Positions 22,831 through 38,400 are shown, counted from the stretch's first letter. The stretch is DNA of 64,000 nucleotides from Macrostomum hystrix (GCA_950097015.1 CATNEN010000033.1:3596001-3660000), one strand, 5' to 3'. Program-made: numbers and translations. The notes: generated from the letters alone by a model not told the origin.

Positions 22831-23279
22831 GGCAGGCAGGCAAGGCAGGCAGGCAGGCAAGGCAGGCAGACAGACAGACAGACCGGTAGGCAGGCAGGCA
22901 AGGCAGGCAGGCAGGCAGGCAGACAGACAGACAGACAGGCAGGCAGGCAGACAGACAGACAGACAGGCAGGCAGGCAAGGCAGGCAGGCAAGGCAGGCAG
23001 ACAGACAGACAGACCGGTAGGCAGGCAGGCAAGGCAGGCAGGCAGGCAGGCAGGCAGACAGACAGACAGACAGGCAGGCAGGCAGACAGACAGACAGGCA
23101 GGCAGGCAGGCAAGGCAGGCAGGCAGGCAGGCAGGCAGACAGACAGACAGGCAGGCAGGCAGGCAGGCAAGGCAGGCAGGCAGACAGACAGACAGGCAGG
23201 CAGGCAGGCAAGGCAGGCAGGCAGGCAGGCTTGCAGGCAGGCAGGCAGACAGACAGACAGGCAGGCAGGCAGACAGACA

Positions 23280-23317
<38 letters not shown>

Positions 23318-23321
23318 CTTG

Positions 23322-23356
<35 letters not shown>

Positions 23357-23392
23357 ACAGACAGACAGGCAGGCAGGCAGGCAGGCAGGCGG
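22426..23392. repeat. Compound (GGCA)n/(GACA)n microsatellite
   Basis: Direct inspection; explains the LPAC/RQAG pseudo-ORFs. Confidence 0.97.
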
Positions 23393-25769
23393 GCAGAAAA
23401 CGGTCAAACTGTGTCCCGCCTGCATCTGGCAGAGATGGACGAATGCGTGTCACTCAGCCGAGCTCAAAGGCAAACCCAGCACTAAAAAAGATCTACAGAG
23501 AAGGCAAACTTGAGAAATGAGCACAAGATGAAGGAGGAGGAGGAGGAAGAGATAAAACACATTCTGCTGACTGACGGCCAGGAAATGGGCGGGACGGAAA
23601 GATGCTGAAGCGCCTGCCGACTGTGTCCGCCCTCTGAGGCCAATTTCATCCGCTTGTGATAGTCGCGAAATGGCGACACGGCATGGCTGGAAAGGGTGGC
23701 AGCGGGAATGGGAGATAGACTCGATCAGTCTTCTAGTCCCGACGGTCTGTAATAACAGTCTCCTAGCTGCTGTGGCAATCTACTTGAGCATGAATTATCC
23801 CCCCTCTCGCTGTCAACTCAAAGCGGATGGCTGGCCAGCATTGTCTAGTCGCTCGGCTGATCAGTAAGCCAAATATCCCTCAGCTAAGTGACTCGTGTTT
23901 TTCCTCTCTCTCCCCACGAAGTTTATCCTAATCCTGTTGAGTGAATTTCTCCTCCTTTTTCTACTTTTTACTTCCACAAGCTGATGTTGTTCGCAAGACT
24001 ATGGCTGACTCTGTAAAACTAGGGGACAATTTTCCTTAGCCTTCTCGGCATTTTATTTCTATCAGGGAGTGGAGACAGATGCGGGCAGATGCTCTTGTAA
24101 GAAGTAGGTATGTGGCAGACGGAGGCTAATAATTGGGCGGGCGGTCAATGGGAAGTTAATTTGCCTACTGGATGATGCGGAGGGTCGGAGAGTCATTGAG
24201 TTGCTCAATAAAATGGCAGAACTGGCTTCCAGGCCTGAGGTAAGAAAACTTGGTGATGAAAGGAGGGAATGGTCGAGAGGTGACGCGGATGACGGATGGA
24301 CTCTGTGGAAGTGGATGCCTCGGAGCTCAGCGGTGCAGCCAAGACGGTCTCTTCTCCAATGCCGCGGAACACTGATTTTGCGTGAATAGAGCTGGCGTAC
24401 GCACTGAGGCATCAGGCCGGTGGGCAAAGTGCAGGCTGAAGAGGGCGCCAGTCGCCCATTCACTCGCATGCAGGCCGGCCGGCCGGCCCTGAATGGCAGC
24501 TGGCAGCCGCGGCCTTATCGCGGAAGGTGAGAGAGCGACTTGGAGAGAGACGGGCGGAGTGGCAGAGATGGAGGCCCGGCAGAAAATTCCTTGGTCTGGG
24601 ATCTCCCCCCCCGTGCGGGAATCAGTGTTGACTCTGCACTCAGTGGGATTGTGTGGATGACGGAGGCTGCGAGAGCCCTCCCACCCATCGTATCCCCTGC
24701 CGTTTCCCGCTCTGTTTGACTAGGGGAGAGCTGCCAGGTAACCAAAGTCCAACCCGACCTCGGGCTCCGCTCTCCACTCAGAACTGGGCTTGGAGCTGGC
24801 TTGGGAAACGCCTCCTGGATCCGGGATGCCCGCCTGCTGCCGCCGCTGCTGCCCAGCAATTTCCCGGGCTTGGCCAGCCGGGGGGCCGTCTACCAGCCTC
24901 ACCCGACTTCCGTAGAAGCAGAGCTTCCGCTCGTCAGCCCACCTCCGCCGAGAAACTCCCGCCAGACTGTGAGCAGCTCCCATAGTTTTGCTTGACGCGC
25001 GCCGGCCTCTCGTTTCTGACTCAAGTATTTTGCGCCAGACTGCGGAATTCGAGAAAAAAATTCATGGCGACGTCACACAATTTCCAGGAAGAACAGATCA
25101 GGGGATATGGGGAAAATAACGGGTCTTTCTCTGCATTTTGTTCCGAATATGAGCTCAGTGGCCAAGGCCGGAATCATGCCGAATTCGACGTCTTCGTTAT
25201 TCAAATCCCGGATTTGCCAAGCTTATCCGTTGGGACAGAGCAGCTACATTTATCCCAAGCATCCAGGTGGGCAGGTGATCGGGAGATCTCAGCCTGCCGG
25301 GCTTTGGATTTCCTATTCCCAAATTCAGAAAGTCGCCGCTCGTGTCCTAATTCGAGCAGATTGACATCGGGATTCTCAATTTCCTCCGCAGGAAAAGGAG
25401 GAGTCTAGTTTTGAGTGCGGCTTCCAGCAGCTTTTTTCTAGAAAGTCAGATTTGAGACTGAAGCTCCGCCGCCTCCCCCAGCGTATCCAGGTAGGACCAG
25501 GCCAATCTTAATTAGCCCTGATTTCCCCGCTAATCTCTTGAAGCCCATTGTTTCCGTGGCTTCCCAGTGCAGGGATGAGAATTAAAGATGGCAGCCCACT
25601 CGCTAATCTACCACGCAATATTGCATTTCCTGGACCCGCCATTCCAGGCTGTACGAGCTACTTGAATTTTTTCTGCATTCTCCCAATTAAAAACGCGCTT
25701 TGTTTCCTAGTTTTTTCCTAACTTCCCTTTCACTTTCTGGGCAATATTGATCCTTTCTCTACCCAACTT

Positions 25770-26250
25770 TCCCCCCTCTCTACCCAACTCTCCCCCGTCT
25801 CTACCCAACTCTCTCCCTTCTCTACCCAACTTTCTACTAATAATACCCTACTCATTCCAACTGTATTTTATTCTCAATACCTGCTCAATACCTGCTCTAC
25901 TCCAATCTACTCCAATCTATTCCAATCTACTCCAATCTACTCCTATCTACTCCTATCTACTCCTATCTACTCCTATCTACTCCAATCTACTCCAGTCTAC
26001 TCCAGTCTACTCTAATCTACTCTAATCTACTCTAATCTACTCTAATCTACTCCAGTCAACTCCAATATACTCCAATCTACTCCTATCTACTCCTATCTAC
26101 TCTAATCTACTGTAATCTACTCTAATCTACTCTAATCTACTCTAATCTACTCTAATCTACTCTAATCTACTCCAGTCTACTCTAATCTACTCTAATCTAC
26201 TCCAGTCAACTCCAATATACTCCAATCTACTCCTATCAACTCCTATCTAC
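25770..26250. repeat. 10-bp tandem repeat TCTACTC(C/T)AA
   Basis: Direct inspection. Confidence 0.93.
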
Positions 26251-27301
26251 TCAAACCAATCTAATCTATTCTCACAATGATTTTGTAATCCTATTTTTGT
26301 CCTCATGCATATTTAATCCCATTTTTTAACAATCGCAGTCACTCTCTTCACACTGAGCTCGTTTGAGTTAAAAAAAAGACTATTTTTTATTTACGAGTAC
26401 CAACGGCCTTTAAAAACACAGCAGGGCCGCCATACAAGGAACGAATAACGCAATCGCGGCTCAGGTCGGGTCAAGCAGCTCGTACGCCTACTCACCACCA
26501 CGCCAGTGCCACTCTCCCCGCTTAGGAGAAATCCCAGTTGGGCTGGGCAGGGGAGCTCGGCAATATTGTTGTCCCAACTAACGGGGCGACGATTTTGAGA
26601 TCACTGCAGCGCCTTGGAGGCTTGCGGGGGTTTGGAACAGGGCAAATACTGACTTGGAGAGAGCTTATTGGAGAGGAAAAACTGAGAACTGGAAGGGGTG
26701 GGCTTCGGCAATCGGGCACACCAACTTGGCAGGCCGCAGCTCGCCCGCCACCCCGCCGCCACCGCTGTCGCCGTTCCGCCCTTCTGCCAGAGGGCTGCCA
26801 GATTCTAGGCGAGGAGCAGGGAGGGGGTGGTTGGGAGGGCTGCGGCCAAAGCCGGGCTGCCGGGTTTCGGAGCACGTAGCTGCCAGGACCTCCAGCGCAG
26901 CCATCAGCCATCGGGGATCAGGGCCCGCGGAGCTAGGAATGGGAGCTAGGGGCATTGAATTGCAACTCCCCCCTCCTCTGCTCCCCTTCCCCGCGTCCCT
27001 CTACCCCTGTCCCGGGACTTCGCATTCTGCTGCTCTCGCACTCCTTTTCTCTAGAGAAGCACTGGCTGAGCTCCTATTGGCTGGCTAATACAGCACAGCC
27101 CCCTCTGGAAGGAAAGGCTTAGTAGAGAGGAGAGAGCCGGCCTGCCTACCCCGGCGCCACTCCCCACACGGTAGCATAAAACGCCCTTCTCGCCCCGCGG
27201 AGACCCCCAGGCGATTCGCTCAGACCAGCCACCTCTCAAGCGGCAATAGAATAAATTAACTAGTTGAGGCAGATTGCCCAGCCAAATCATTCACGCGTTC
27301 A

Positions 27302-30300
27302 ATGAAGGCCTCCGACCTGATCGCTGAGCTGCTCAACGCAGCCGAGAAGTCGGCGGAGGTGGCCCGGGCCATCCGGCGCGAGGAGACCCTGTTCCAGCTG
27401 CTCATCGAGGAGAAAACTGGCGACGACAAGGGCAAGCGGTTCGGCTTCGACTTCAAGACGCTGGCCGATGTGCTCATCCAGGAGATGATCCGGCATGACT
27501 TGGAGAAGAAGGTGAGGCTGAGGCTCCACCCTCGGGCTATTGCCAGACTAAAAATATTCGCGTTGCTAACAAGGCATCCTCGGAGTTTGGGTCTGCAAGC
27601 TCTCGCCTCGGACAAAATCCCAAATTAGAATTATTCAAAAGGCCGGTCTGGCTGATAATACGAGTATGCCACGGTGTGTGTTGCGTACCCCACTTCTCAT
27701 CTTTCTATTCGTCCATCCGCCGCTGCCGCTGCCAAAGAAGTGTCGCCGCCACCGCCGCTGCCGCCGCCGCCGCCGCTGTTGCTGATATCGGATCTCCTCG
27801 CGTCCAGAAATAAGATCGAATGCAGTTCGAAGAGAGCGATGGAAAGAGGAGGCGCTGAAATCTGCTCCAGTCACGTCACTAATCCCCCTTATCGCCCTCC
27901 CCTCAACTCTCGCATCTCTTAATTCCTCATGCCGGCTGTAGCGGGCCATATTTTGGTACAAATATTGTCAAGCCATCGAGCCCCCGGCCATGGCCCGCAG
28001 ATCCCACTGGGAGTTTGAGGAGTTTGAGGAAGCGAAGCGGCGGGAACAGCGAGCGCTGTTGGGGCTGTGGAAACAGGCCGTCGCTCTGTGGCCTTCAGTT
28101 CGCACAGTCCGCATCCCGCCCGTGCCTGACTGATAAGCATAAAGAATCCCAGGCAGACTAATTGATGGCTGGATAGAAACGGGGAATGAGCGTGAAGATG
28201 AGGCGAACTGAGCAGCTATGCACGTTTGAGCTGCTGCAGCAATGCTTTGTTTAAACCGATTTTCTAGTATAGCCCAGCCCGCCCGCCCGTTTCCCTGTGT
28301 CTGCCTCCCCTATGACGACTGAAAAACTCCGAGATGAGCTGCTGGGTCCGTTGCCACCATAATTTCATTGAGCATAGAGCGACTACTGCAAGCTAGGTCT
28401 AAATGGGGCAGAAAACATTGCACTGTTTGTAGCCTAGCGATAAGGGGCTACGGACTTCCGACTGAAATGTCGGGAATTCTTGAGCAAGACACTTCATTAC
28501 CTTGTGCCTCGGTGCACCAAACTGCGACATGGCTACCAGCTAATACCAGCTAATGCTGGTAGCCACGGGACAGATCCTGTCCTCGGAGTCTGTTTTGTGT
28601 TGTCTGTCAGGAACAGACACTGTCCTAGGAGTCTGTCAGGAACAGACACTGTCCTAGGAGTCTGTCAGGAACAGACACTGTCCTAGGAGTCTGTCAGGAA
28701 CAGACACTGTCCTATGAGTCTGTCAGGAACAGACACTGTCCTAGGAGTCTGTCAGGAACAGACACTGTCCTAGGAGTCTGTCAGGAACAGACACTGTCCT
28801 AGGAGTCTGTCAGGAACAGACACTGTCCTAGGAGTCTGTCAGGAACAGACACTGTCCTAGGAGTCTGTCAGGAACAGACACTGTCCTAGGAGTCTGTCAG
28901 GAACAGACACTGTCCTAGGAGTCTGTCAGGAACAGACAATGTCCTAGGAGTCTGTCAGGAACAGACAATGTCCTAGGAGTCTGTCAGGAACAGACACTGT
29001 CCTAGGAGTCTGTCAGGAACAGACACTGTCCTAGGAGTCTGTCAGGAACAGACAATGTCCTAGGAGTCTGTCAGGAACAGACAATGTCCTAGGAGTCTGT
29101 CAGGAACAGACACTGTCCTAGGAGTCTGTCAGGAACAGAAAGAACAAAGTCTGTTCGTTGACCTACTGGGAAATGTAATGTGCTGCAGAGGGAATCAGGT
29201 TTGATAAGTTTTAGCTGAGGCTAGCGCGGACACAGCGGTGGTGGGGTGGCGGTACAGGGATATTCCTGTATCTTGTGCAGGGAAAAGGCTTGCCTTCAGA
29301 TCCGAGGAAATGGCGCAGACGCAGGAAGACTGGCTGACAGACATATTCCCCACACTGAGTGCAATCGGGCCCCGTGAATGATAGCCTGCCCCCGTGTCCC
29401 AGCGGAACAAATGACAACATTCGAGTGCAGATGTGCATTATAGGGAAGAGTGAAAGAAAAAGATTAGCAAAAAGGCAGAGGTCTGGGATGTAGAATAAAC
29501 AGGGCCCGTCGGAGACACGCGCAGAGAAATTGAAGTGCTGACAAGTAAATTGCAGCTCTCGCGGGGACCTTCTGATGGCAATTCAGGCCGCCATATTGTC
29601 CGGCTGCCTCACTCGGCACTGCAATTAAGCCCTCATAGAACAGATTTGAGCCAGATTGGGTCGGATGGGACAGACTGGGAGTAGGGGCCCAAGTCTTGAT
29701 GCCTCAGTCACGAACGGGCCTGTGTACGCGGAGACAGAGGAGAGTGATTGGTGAGGCTGATTAGCGGTTCTGCTGTCTGTCGCAGGCGTGATCTCACGCC
29801 TGCGAGACTGAGCAACACAGATTTTAACTTACGGACAGCTTTTCAAGCTGGTCAGGCTTGGGCAATTTGTGAGGACTAAAGTAATATTTAGCGTGACAAT
29901 AATACTTTGATTATAAAGGCTTTGACTTGCGAATACACTCCGAGACACTCATCTCACCCAGCCACAAATTTCCCATTCTATCTCATCCCGCCAAAAATGT
30001 CCCATTCTTTCTCACCCAGCCAAAAATATCCCATTCTATCTCACCCAGCCAAAAATATCCCATCTATCTCATCCCGCCAAAAATGTCCCATTCTATCTCA
30101 CCCAGCCAAAAATATCCCATCTATCTCACCCAGCCAAAAATATCCCATCTATCTCACCCAGCCAAAAAAATCCCATTCTATCTCACCCAGCCAAAAATAT
30201 CCCATCTATCTCATCCCGCCAAAAATATCCCATTCTATCTCACCCAGCCAAAAATATCCCATCTATCTCATCCCGCGAAAAATATCCCATTCTATCTCAC

Positions 30301-33300
30301 TTAGCCAAAAATATCCCATCTATCTCATCCCGCCAAAAATATCCCATTCTATCTCACCCAGCAAAAAATATCCCATCTATCTCACCTAGCCAAAAATATC
30401 CCATTCTATCTCACCCAGCCAAAAATATCCCATTCTATCTCACCTAGAAAAAACCATTCTATCTCATCACGCCAAAAAATGTCCCATCTATCTCATCCCG
30501 CCAAAAATATCCCATTCTATCTCACTTAGCCAAAAATATCCCATCTATCTCATCCCGCCAAAAATATCCCATTCTATCTCACCCAGCAAAAAATATCCCA
30601 TCTATCTCACCCAGCCAAAAATATCCCGTTCTATCTCATCCCGCAACAAATATCCCATTCTATCTCATCCCGCCACAAATATCCCATTCTATCTCATCAC
30701 GCCAAAAAATGTCCCATTCTATCTCATCACGCCAAAAAATGTCCCATTCTATCTCATCACGCCAAAAAATGTCCCATTCTATCTCACTCAGCCAATAATA
30801 TCCCATTCTATCTCACCTAGCCAAAAATATCCCATTCTATCTCACCTAGCCAAAAATATCCCATTCTATCTCACCTAGCCAAAAATATCCCTTTCTATCT
30901 CATCCCGCCAAAAATATCCCATTCTATCTCATCACGCCAAAAAATGTCCCATTCTATCTCATCACGCCAAAAAATGTCCCATTCTATCTCACTCAGCCAA
31001 TAATATCCCATTCTATCTCACTCAGCCAAAAATATCCCATTCTATCTCATCACGCCAAAAAATGTCCCATTCTATCTCATCACGCCAAAAAATGTCCCAT
31101 TCTATCTCATCACGCCAAAAAATGTCCCATTCTATCTCACTCAGCCAATAATATCCCATTCTATCTCACTCAGCCAAAAATATCCCATTCTATCTCATCA
31201 CGCCAAAAAATGTCCCATTCTATCTCATCACGCCAAAAAATGTCCCATTCTATCTCATCCCGCCAAAAATATCCCATCTATCTCATCCCGCGAAAAATAT
31301 CCCATTTGCTTGATCCAGCCAGTAATATCCCATCCGCCAATTTACTTCTCCCCAATAAGACGCAGGTGGTATATTCAGGCACACTCCAGGGTCAGGCTAG
31401 TCTCCGCTGCAGTTATTTACGAGCCAGCCACTCGCCGTCAATTCAGTGCGGCATCGATCTCTGTTAGCCGTCGCTCTGAATCCCCTTTCTAGGACAGTGC
31501 ATCTTCCCGGCTTATCCAGCATTCAGCTTGACCGCGGCCTCCCGATTCCGAGGGTGACAAGTTCGCTTCCTCAGCTGGGCGGTGGGGATTTCGCTTGACG
31601 CCCGTTACTTACTGATAGCCACCCTTTGGCGCCGGATTTAGATAAAAATGCAAGAGGAAACCTCTAAGCAAGTTGCGAGGCCTTTGGTCGCCTGAGTTGA
31701 AGGGAGATTTCGACTCGGCTTGGCGGCGGCGACGGGGAAAGAAGGAGAAAGGGGAGATAATCAAAGGAAATTCGGACCGCGACCCCGAATATAACACAGC
31801 GATAGTATAGTGCAGACTCACCCACCCGTGTCCGCTTACGGCTTACACGCTTCCTTGCTTAGCCCCTGTCCACCCTGAAATCCCACCTTAATGGCTCGGC
31901 CGCTTTTTCCTACTCATCTGCTGGACGAGTTCTGCAGCTCTCAGCTCGTCAGGTCCGCAGAGCAGATTAGTTTGCTTAGAAAGAAGCTAAAAGCAAATTG
32001 AAATGCGAGAGTGAACTTGGACAGATTGAAGGAAATCCAAGATGGTTGGGCAAAGCGGCGCTCAGCTGAGCAAACGGCTTTCTGAAATCTTCCAAAGGTT
32101 TGTGAGAAGTGGCTACAAGCCTTTGTCCTTTTGTGGTTGACTTGGACGATTGAGTGAGCGGCCGGGGATCGGGGAAGTCGGCCAAACTCCCCTTCCCCCA
32201 ATCGATAATTTTGAGCACTTCTCCCCAGCCCATGCTGTCTCTGCCCGAAACTTTGTCCGGGGCTTCTGAAGTGCCAGCGCGGGCTGGGGGAGGTCCGACT
32301 GGGTCTGCCCGCTCGAATTCTTCAAGAAGCGAGAAGAGAATGGCCGGGACGACATGGGGATAAAACACGGGCCCGTGTTGGGAAAAATATTTCTGTTCTG
32401 ATTATAGCTGATCCTGGAGACTCTTCCCCTGCTTGACTGACTCCGCCGCCGAGGGCCTTGGAGAGGGGGATAGTTCTGCTCATTTCCTGCCAGTCTGGGA
32501 CGGGGGACATTGGAAAAGAAAGCTCAGCCGACTGGGACTTCGGAGAAGGACACGGGAAGGAGGGCGCGGATGGCTGGAGGAACACTGAAATCCATTCAGC
32601 GATAAGGGAGATCTAGAAGGAAGTGTTGAATAATGCTATGAGCAGCAGAGCAGTAGAGACTGAATGAGCGCTTGAGACTCGAAATCGAATTACACTTCCT
32701 GGCCGTATTGTGGACTTAGACAACAAAATTCATTCGCTTTCAGTTCTCCGGTATGGGCAAGCGAGTCACCGGTGAGGAGAACAACAAGTTCACTAACATT
32801 GTGGGCGAGTCCGTCACAGTGGAGATCAAGGACAACAAGAAGAAGACTATGTCTACTCTCTGTGAGTTGGCTTCACTCCTGTGTAAAATTTTTCCATGTT
32901 GGGTAGACTGTTTCCAAGTTGGGTAGACAGTTTCCAAGTTGGGTAGACAGTTTCCAAGTTGGGTAGACAGTTTCCAAGTTAAGTAGACAGTTTCCAAGTT
33001 AAGTAGACAGTATCCAAGTTGGGTAGATAGTTTCCAAGTTGGGTAGACAGTTTCCAAGTTGGGTAGACTGCTTCCAAGCTGGGTAGACAGTTTCCTAATT
33101 GGGTAGACAGTTTCCTAATTGGGTAGACAGTTTCCAAATTGGGTAGACTGCTCTAAAGTTGGGTAGACTGCTCTAACGTTGGGAAGACTGCTCTAAAGTT
33201 GGGTAGACTGCTCTAAAGTTGGGTAGACTGCTCTAAAGTTGGGTAGACTGCTCTAAAGTTGGGAAGACTGCTCTAAAGTTTGGTAGACAGTTTCCAAGTT

Positions 33301-35396
33301 GGGTAGACAGTTTCCAAGTTGGGTAGACAGTTTCTAAGTTGGGTAGACAGTTTCCAAGTTGGGTAGACAGTTTCCCAATTGGGTAGACTGCTCTAAAGTT
33401 TGGTAGACTGCTCTAAAGTTGGGTAGACTGCTCTAAAGTTGGGTAGACTGCTCTAAAGTTGGGTAGACTGCTCTAAAGTTGGGTAGACTGCTCTAAAGTT
33501 GGGTAGACTGCTCTAAAGTTGGGTAGACTGCTCTAAAGTTGGGTAGACTGCTCTAAAGTTGGGTAGACAGTTTCCAAGTTGGGTAGACAGTTTCCAAGTT
33601 GGGTAGACAGTTTCCAAGTTGGGTAGACAGTTTCCAAGTTGGGTAGACAGTTTCCCAATTGGGTAGACTGCTCTAAAGTTGGGAAGACTGCTCTAAAGTT
33701 GGGTAGACTGCTCTAAAGTTGGGTAGACTGCTCTAAAGTTGGGTAGACTGCTCTACAGTTGGGTAGACTGCTCTAAAGTTGGGTAGACTGCTCTAAAGTT
33801 GGGTAGACTGCTCTAAAGTTGGGTAGACTGCTCTACAGTTGGGTAGACTGCTCTACAGTTGGGTAGACTGCTCTAAAGTTGGGTAGACTGCTCTACAGTT
33901 GGGTAGACTGCTCTAAAGTTGGGTAGACTGCTCTAAAGTTGGGTAGACTGCTCTACAGTTGGGTAGACTGCTCTAAAGTTGGGTAGACTGCTCTACAGTT
34001 GGGTAGACTGCTCTAAAGTTGGGTAGACAGTTTCCAAGTTCGGTAGACAGTTTCCAAATTGGGTAGACTGTGATGGAATACTGTTGAGTTCATTCTGAAA
34101 TCATAGCAGAATAGGAAAAAATCGCAGAAACTAATTTCGCAAATGTAGCCAGTGTCTGAGTGAGTAGTTGTGTATTTTTTCACTTTGGATTTGCTTGAGT
34201 CGGCCATGGGAACTCGCCGAATGAGACCGCAGCTGCCCTCGGCATAGTGGTCGATGTCAGTCCAGACACGACCCGCGGTTCCGATTCGTATCGATTTCTG
34301 GGAGAGAAAAAATTCCACTGGGAAAACGACTCGCACGCCATGGATCCCCGCCTCATGGGGTGAGGAATCGAGGAAATCTGCTGCGGCTCCTCTGCTCCAA
34401 GCATTTGGTCCGCGATTGCTGAAATTTGCGATTTGCGATTGCCCCAGTTTGGCCTGCAGTGTCCGCCACCAGGACTCAGAGACACCCCACCCTGACTGTA
34501 GAATACTCAGACACCCCACCCTGACTGTAGAAGACTCAAAGACACCCCACCCTGACTGTAGAATACTCAGAGACACCCCACCCTGACTGTAGAAGACTCA
34601 GAGACACCCCACCCTGACTGTAGAATACTCAGACACCCCACCCTGACTGTAGAAGACTCAGAGACACCCCACCCTGACTGTAGAAGACTCAGAGACACCA
34701 CCCTGACTGTAGAAGACTCAGAGACACCATCCTGACTGTAACAAGACTCAGAGACACCACCCTGACTGTAACAAGACTCAAAGACACCCCACCCGGACTG
34801 TTAGAAGACTCAGAGACACCCACCCTGACTGTAGAATACTCAGAGACACCCCATCCTGACTGTAGAAGACTCAGACACCCACCCTGACTGATAGAAGACT
34901 CAGAGACACCATCCTGACTGTAGAAGACTCAGAGACACCACCCTGACTGTAGAAGACTCAGAGACACCACCCTGACTGTAGAAGACTCAGAGACACCAGC
35001 CTGACTGTAACAAGACTCAGAGACACCACCCTGACTGTAGAAGACTCAAAGACACCCCACCCTGACTGTAGAATTACTCAGAGACACCCCACCCTGACTG
35101 TAGAATTACTCAGAGACACCCCACCCTGACTGTAGAAGACTCAGAGACACCCCACCCTGACTGTAGAAGACTCAGACACACCACCCCGACTGTCCATGCC
35201 TGATATAGACAGCCAATTCTGTCGAGAGCAAATGGACAATAATTGGAGTGAGCAAATCATTCAAATAATGCAGCAGGTCGGCTTTCATCTCGCAGGCGCA
35301 TTAGCAGATTATTTGACAAACTTCATTTGTTGAATTGCTTTTTGCCCAGCGGACTAAACAAAACCTTGGGCTGCTAAGCAGGGAGAAGAAAAGATA

Positions 35397-35455
<59 letters not shown>

Positions 35456-38400
35456 CATATGGAACGAGAATCAAATTAGGCGCAGAGCTTGCAATGCCGG
35501 GTGCAGGTTGGGTCGACAGTTGAGCCATTAGATTCAACAGATGTACAGAGTTCTAGGGGACAATACTGCCCTTTCCTGATCATTGTGGTGTCATGCTTTT
35601 GTTCACGATTTTATGAATAACATTTTTTCCACTCGTCTCCCATTTCAATCTCTCTTTTATTCTCCCAAATCCCAGTGTGAAATTCCCAAAAGAATTATCG
35701 ACCCAGGAATTTTTCTACTTTCCTAAATTCCAAAACTCAAAAATTCCTAAATCCCTAAGTTAAAAAATCCTTAAATCCTAAACTCCGAAACTCCTAAACT
35801 CCTAAACTCCTAAATTCCTAAATTCTTAAACTCATAAATTCCTAAATCCCAAAATACCGAAATTCCTATTCTTACCATTAACGACAGTGAAAATTCTCAG
35901 CGGCAACGATCGCGCAGCCGGCGTTCTGTCCGAACTCGTCCACCAGGACGTGACGGTGCCGCGTCCGCCGGAGCTGCAGAAGTTCGAATCGATCCAGCTG
36001 GACAAGAAGGCCATCGGGGTGTGGATCGACCCCATTGACGGCACGGCTGAGTACATCACGGGCAACAGGGATCCGGAGTTCCGGCCAGGCGAGAACATCA
36101 GCCAGAACGGCCTGCCCAATGTCACCGTGCTCATCGGGGTGTACGAGAAGGCCACCGGCCTGCCAATCATCGGGGTCATCAACCAGCCATTCTTTCAGAC
36201 CACAGACGGCAAGGCGTGAGTTTTGAGCAAAAATAGTCCCAATTTCTAAGAGTCCCCTGATCTTTCTAAACGTTCTTTAAGGGCTCATTAAGTGTGGCAT
36301 CCTGACATATCTTATAGTAGACAAAGGATTTCATTGATGTAAAGCTTATGTAAATTCAAATTACCGTCAATGTACATTAAAATAACCGTCGATGTACATT
36401 CAAACTACCGTCAATGTACATTAAAATAACCGTCGATGTACATTTAAACTACCGTTAATGTAAATTAAAATAACCGTCGATGTACATTCAAGCTACCGTC
36501 AATGTACATTCAAACTACCGTCAATGTACATTCAAGCTACCGCCAATGTACATTCAAACTACCGTCAATGTACATTCAAGCTACCGCCAATGTACATTCA
36601 AACTACCGTCAATGCACATTCAAACTACCGTCAATGCACATTCAAACTACCGTCAATGCACATTCAAACTACCGTCAATGCATATTCAAACTACCGCCAA
36701 TGTACATTCAAACTACCGTCAATGCACATTCAAACTACCGTCAATGCATATTCAAACTACCGTCAATGCACATTCAAACTACCGTCAATGCACATTCAAA
36801 CTACCGTCAATGCACATTCAAACTACCGTCAATGCACATTCAAACTACCGTCAATGCATATTCAAACTACCGTCAATGCACATTCAAACTACCGTCAATG
36901 CACATTCAAGCTACCGTCAATGCACATTCAAACTACCGTCAATGCACATTCAAACTACCGTCAATGCATATTCAAACTACCGCCAATGTACATTCAAACT
37001 ACCGTCAATGCACATTCAAACTACCGTCAATGCATATTCAAACTACCGTCAATGCACATTCAAACTACCGTCAATGCACATTCAAACTACCGTCAATGCA
37101 CATTCAAACTACCGTCAATGCACATTCAAACTACCGTCAATGCACATTCAAGCTACCGTCAATGTACATTCCATTTAAAGTGAATCATGGGAATGCAATG
37201 CACTAACTTGTTCTTAAACCACAGAAATGAACTTTCCTAAATAACCAAACAAGTGCAGTCTGGAATAAAAATGAATTTAGTTAAGAACACGCAACCGAAA
37301 TAGGTCAGATTTCTAAGAAGCACCACCCCCAGAAGCTGGGTACCTGCTCTAAAAGAAATAAAACACCAAACCGCTCTCAAGCAGCGCATCAAAGGACTCA
37401 CCGAAAACTATCGCAAACCTGACGGCTTTGTTTCCCAGCCGTTTTTTGTGTAGTTATTTTTGTCAGGTACAGACAGGCCTTACAAGTCTCATCTACTCTC
37501 CCTGCACGCCGAGAACAGGAGGGCCGCCGCCAAGCCACCCCTTCGGCCTAGATGCATTAGGCGGCAAAGGAGGAAAGAGAGTGCAGGGCCTAGAGCAGCC
37601 GCTAAGGTCTCATGAATTATTCATTTCACAAAATCCTTCTTGTCCCCTGTCTCTCTGCCTGTCTGCCCGCCTGTGCCCGGTAATATACAGCAGGACTCAT
37701 ACAGCAGACCTAGTATCTGTGCTCGCTAGGGGTGAGTCGCATTCTGAGCAGCGGACCAGGGGGCGTGGGGCTGCTGTGCAGGCATGCACACTAAATCCCA
37801 AATCTTCTCAAAAGCCGAAATTTTGCTTTCCGTTACTCGACTTTCATCGCAATGCCTGCCGTTACAGAGCCCTGCACAGCCCTTTCATTTTTGAGCCATT
37901 AAATTCCAAAGATGCTAATTATTCAAAAAGCTTATCGATTCAAGAGCTGAATAGAAAGATAATCTAAAATCGTAAATCCAATCAATAAAAACCCATCTGA
38001 TCAATCAAAACCCATCTGATCAATCAAAACCCATCTGATCAATCAAAACCCATCTGATCAATCAAAACCCATCTGATCAATCAAAACCCATCTGATCAAT
38101 CAAAACCCATCTGATCAATCAAAACCCATCTGATCAATCAAAACCCATCTGATCAATCAAAACCCATCTGATCAATCAAAACCCATCTGATCAATCAAAA
38201 CCCATCTGATCAATCAAAACCCATCTGATCAATCAAAACCCATCTGATCAATCAAAACCCATCTGATCAATCAAAACCCATCTGATCAATCAAAACCCAT
38301 CTGATCAATCAAAACCCATCTGATCAATAAAAACCCATCTACGAGCTAGTCAATCAAAACCCATCTGATCAATCAAAACCCATCTGATCAATCAAAACCC

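Noticed and set aside
28608-29139. CRISPR-like appearance of the 29-bp partly palindromic repeat, and of other arrays
   Set aside because: Units are head-to-tail with no unique spacers, there are no cas genes, and the context is a eukaryotic intron.
34180-34470. Nested minus-strand exon in INPP1 intron 2, and ORFs at 19265-20090 in SAXO intron 4
   Set aside because: No recognisable homology and no linked exons could be built.
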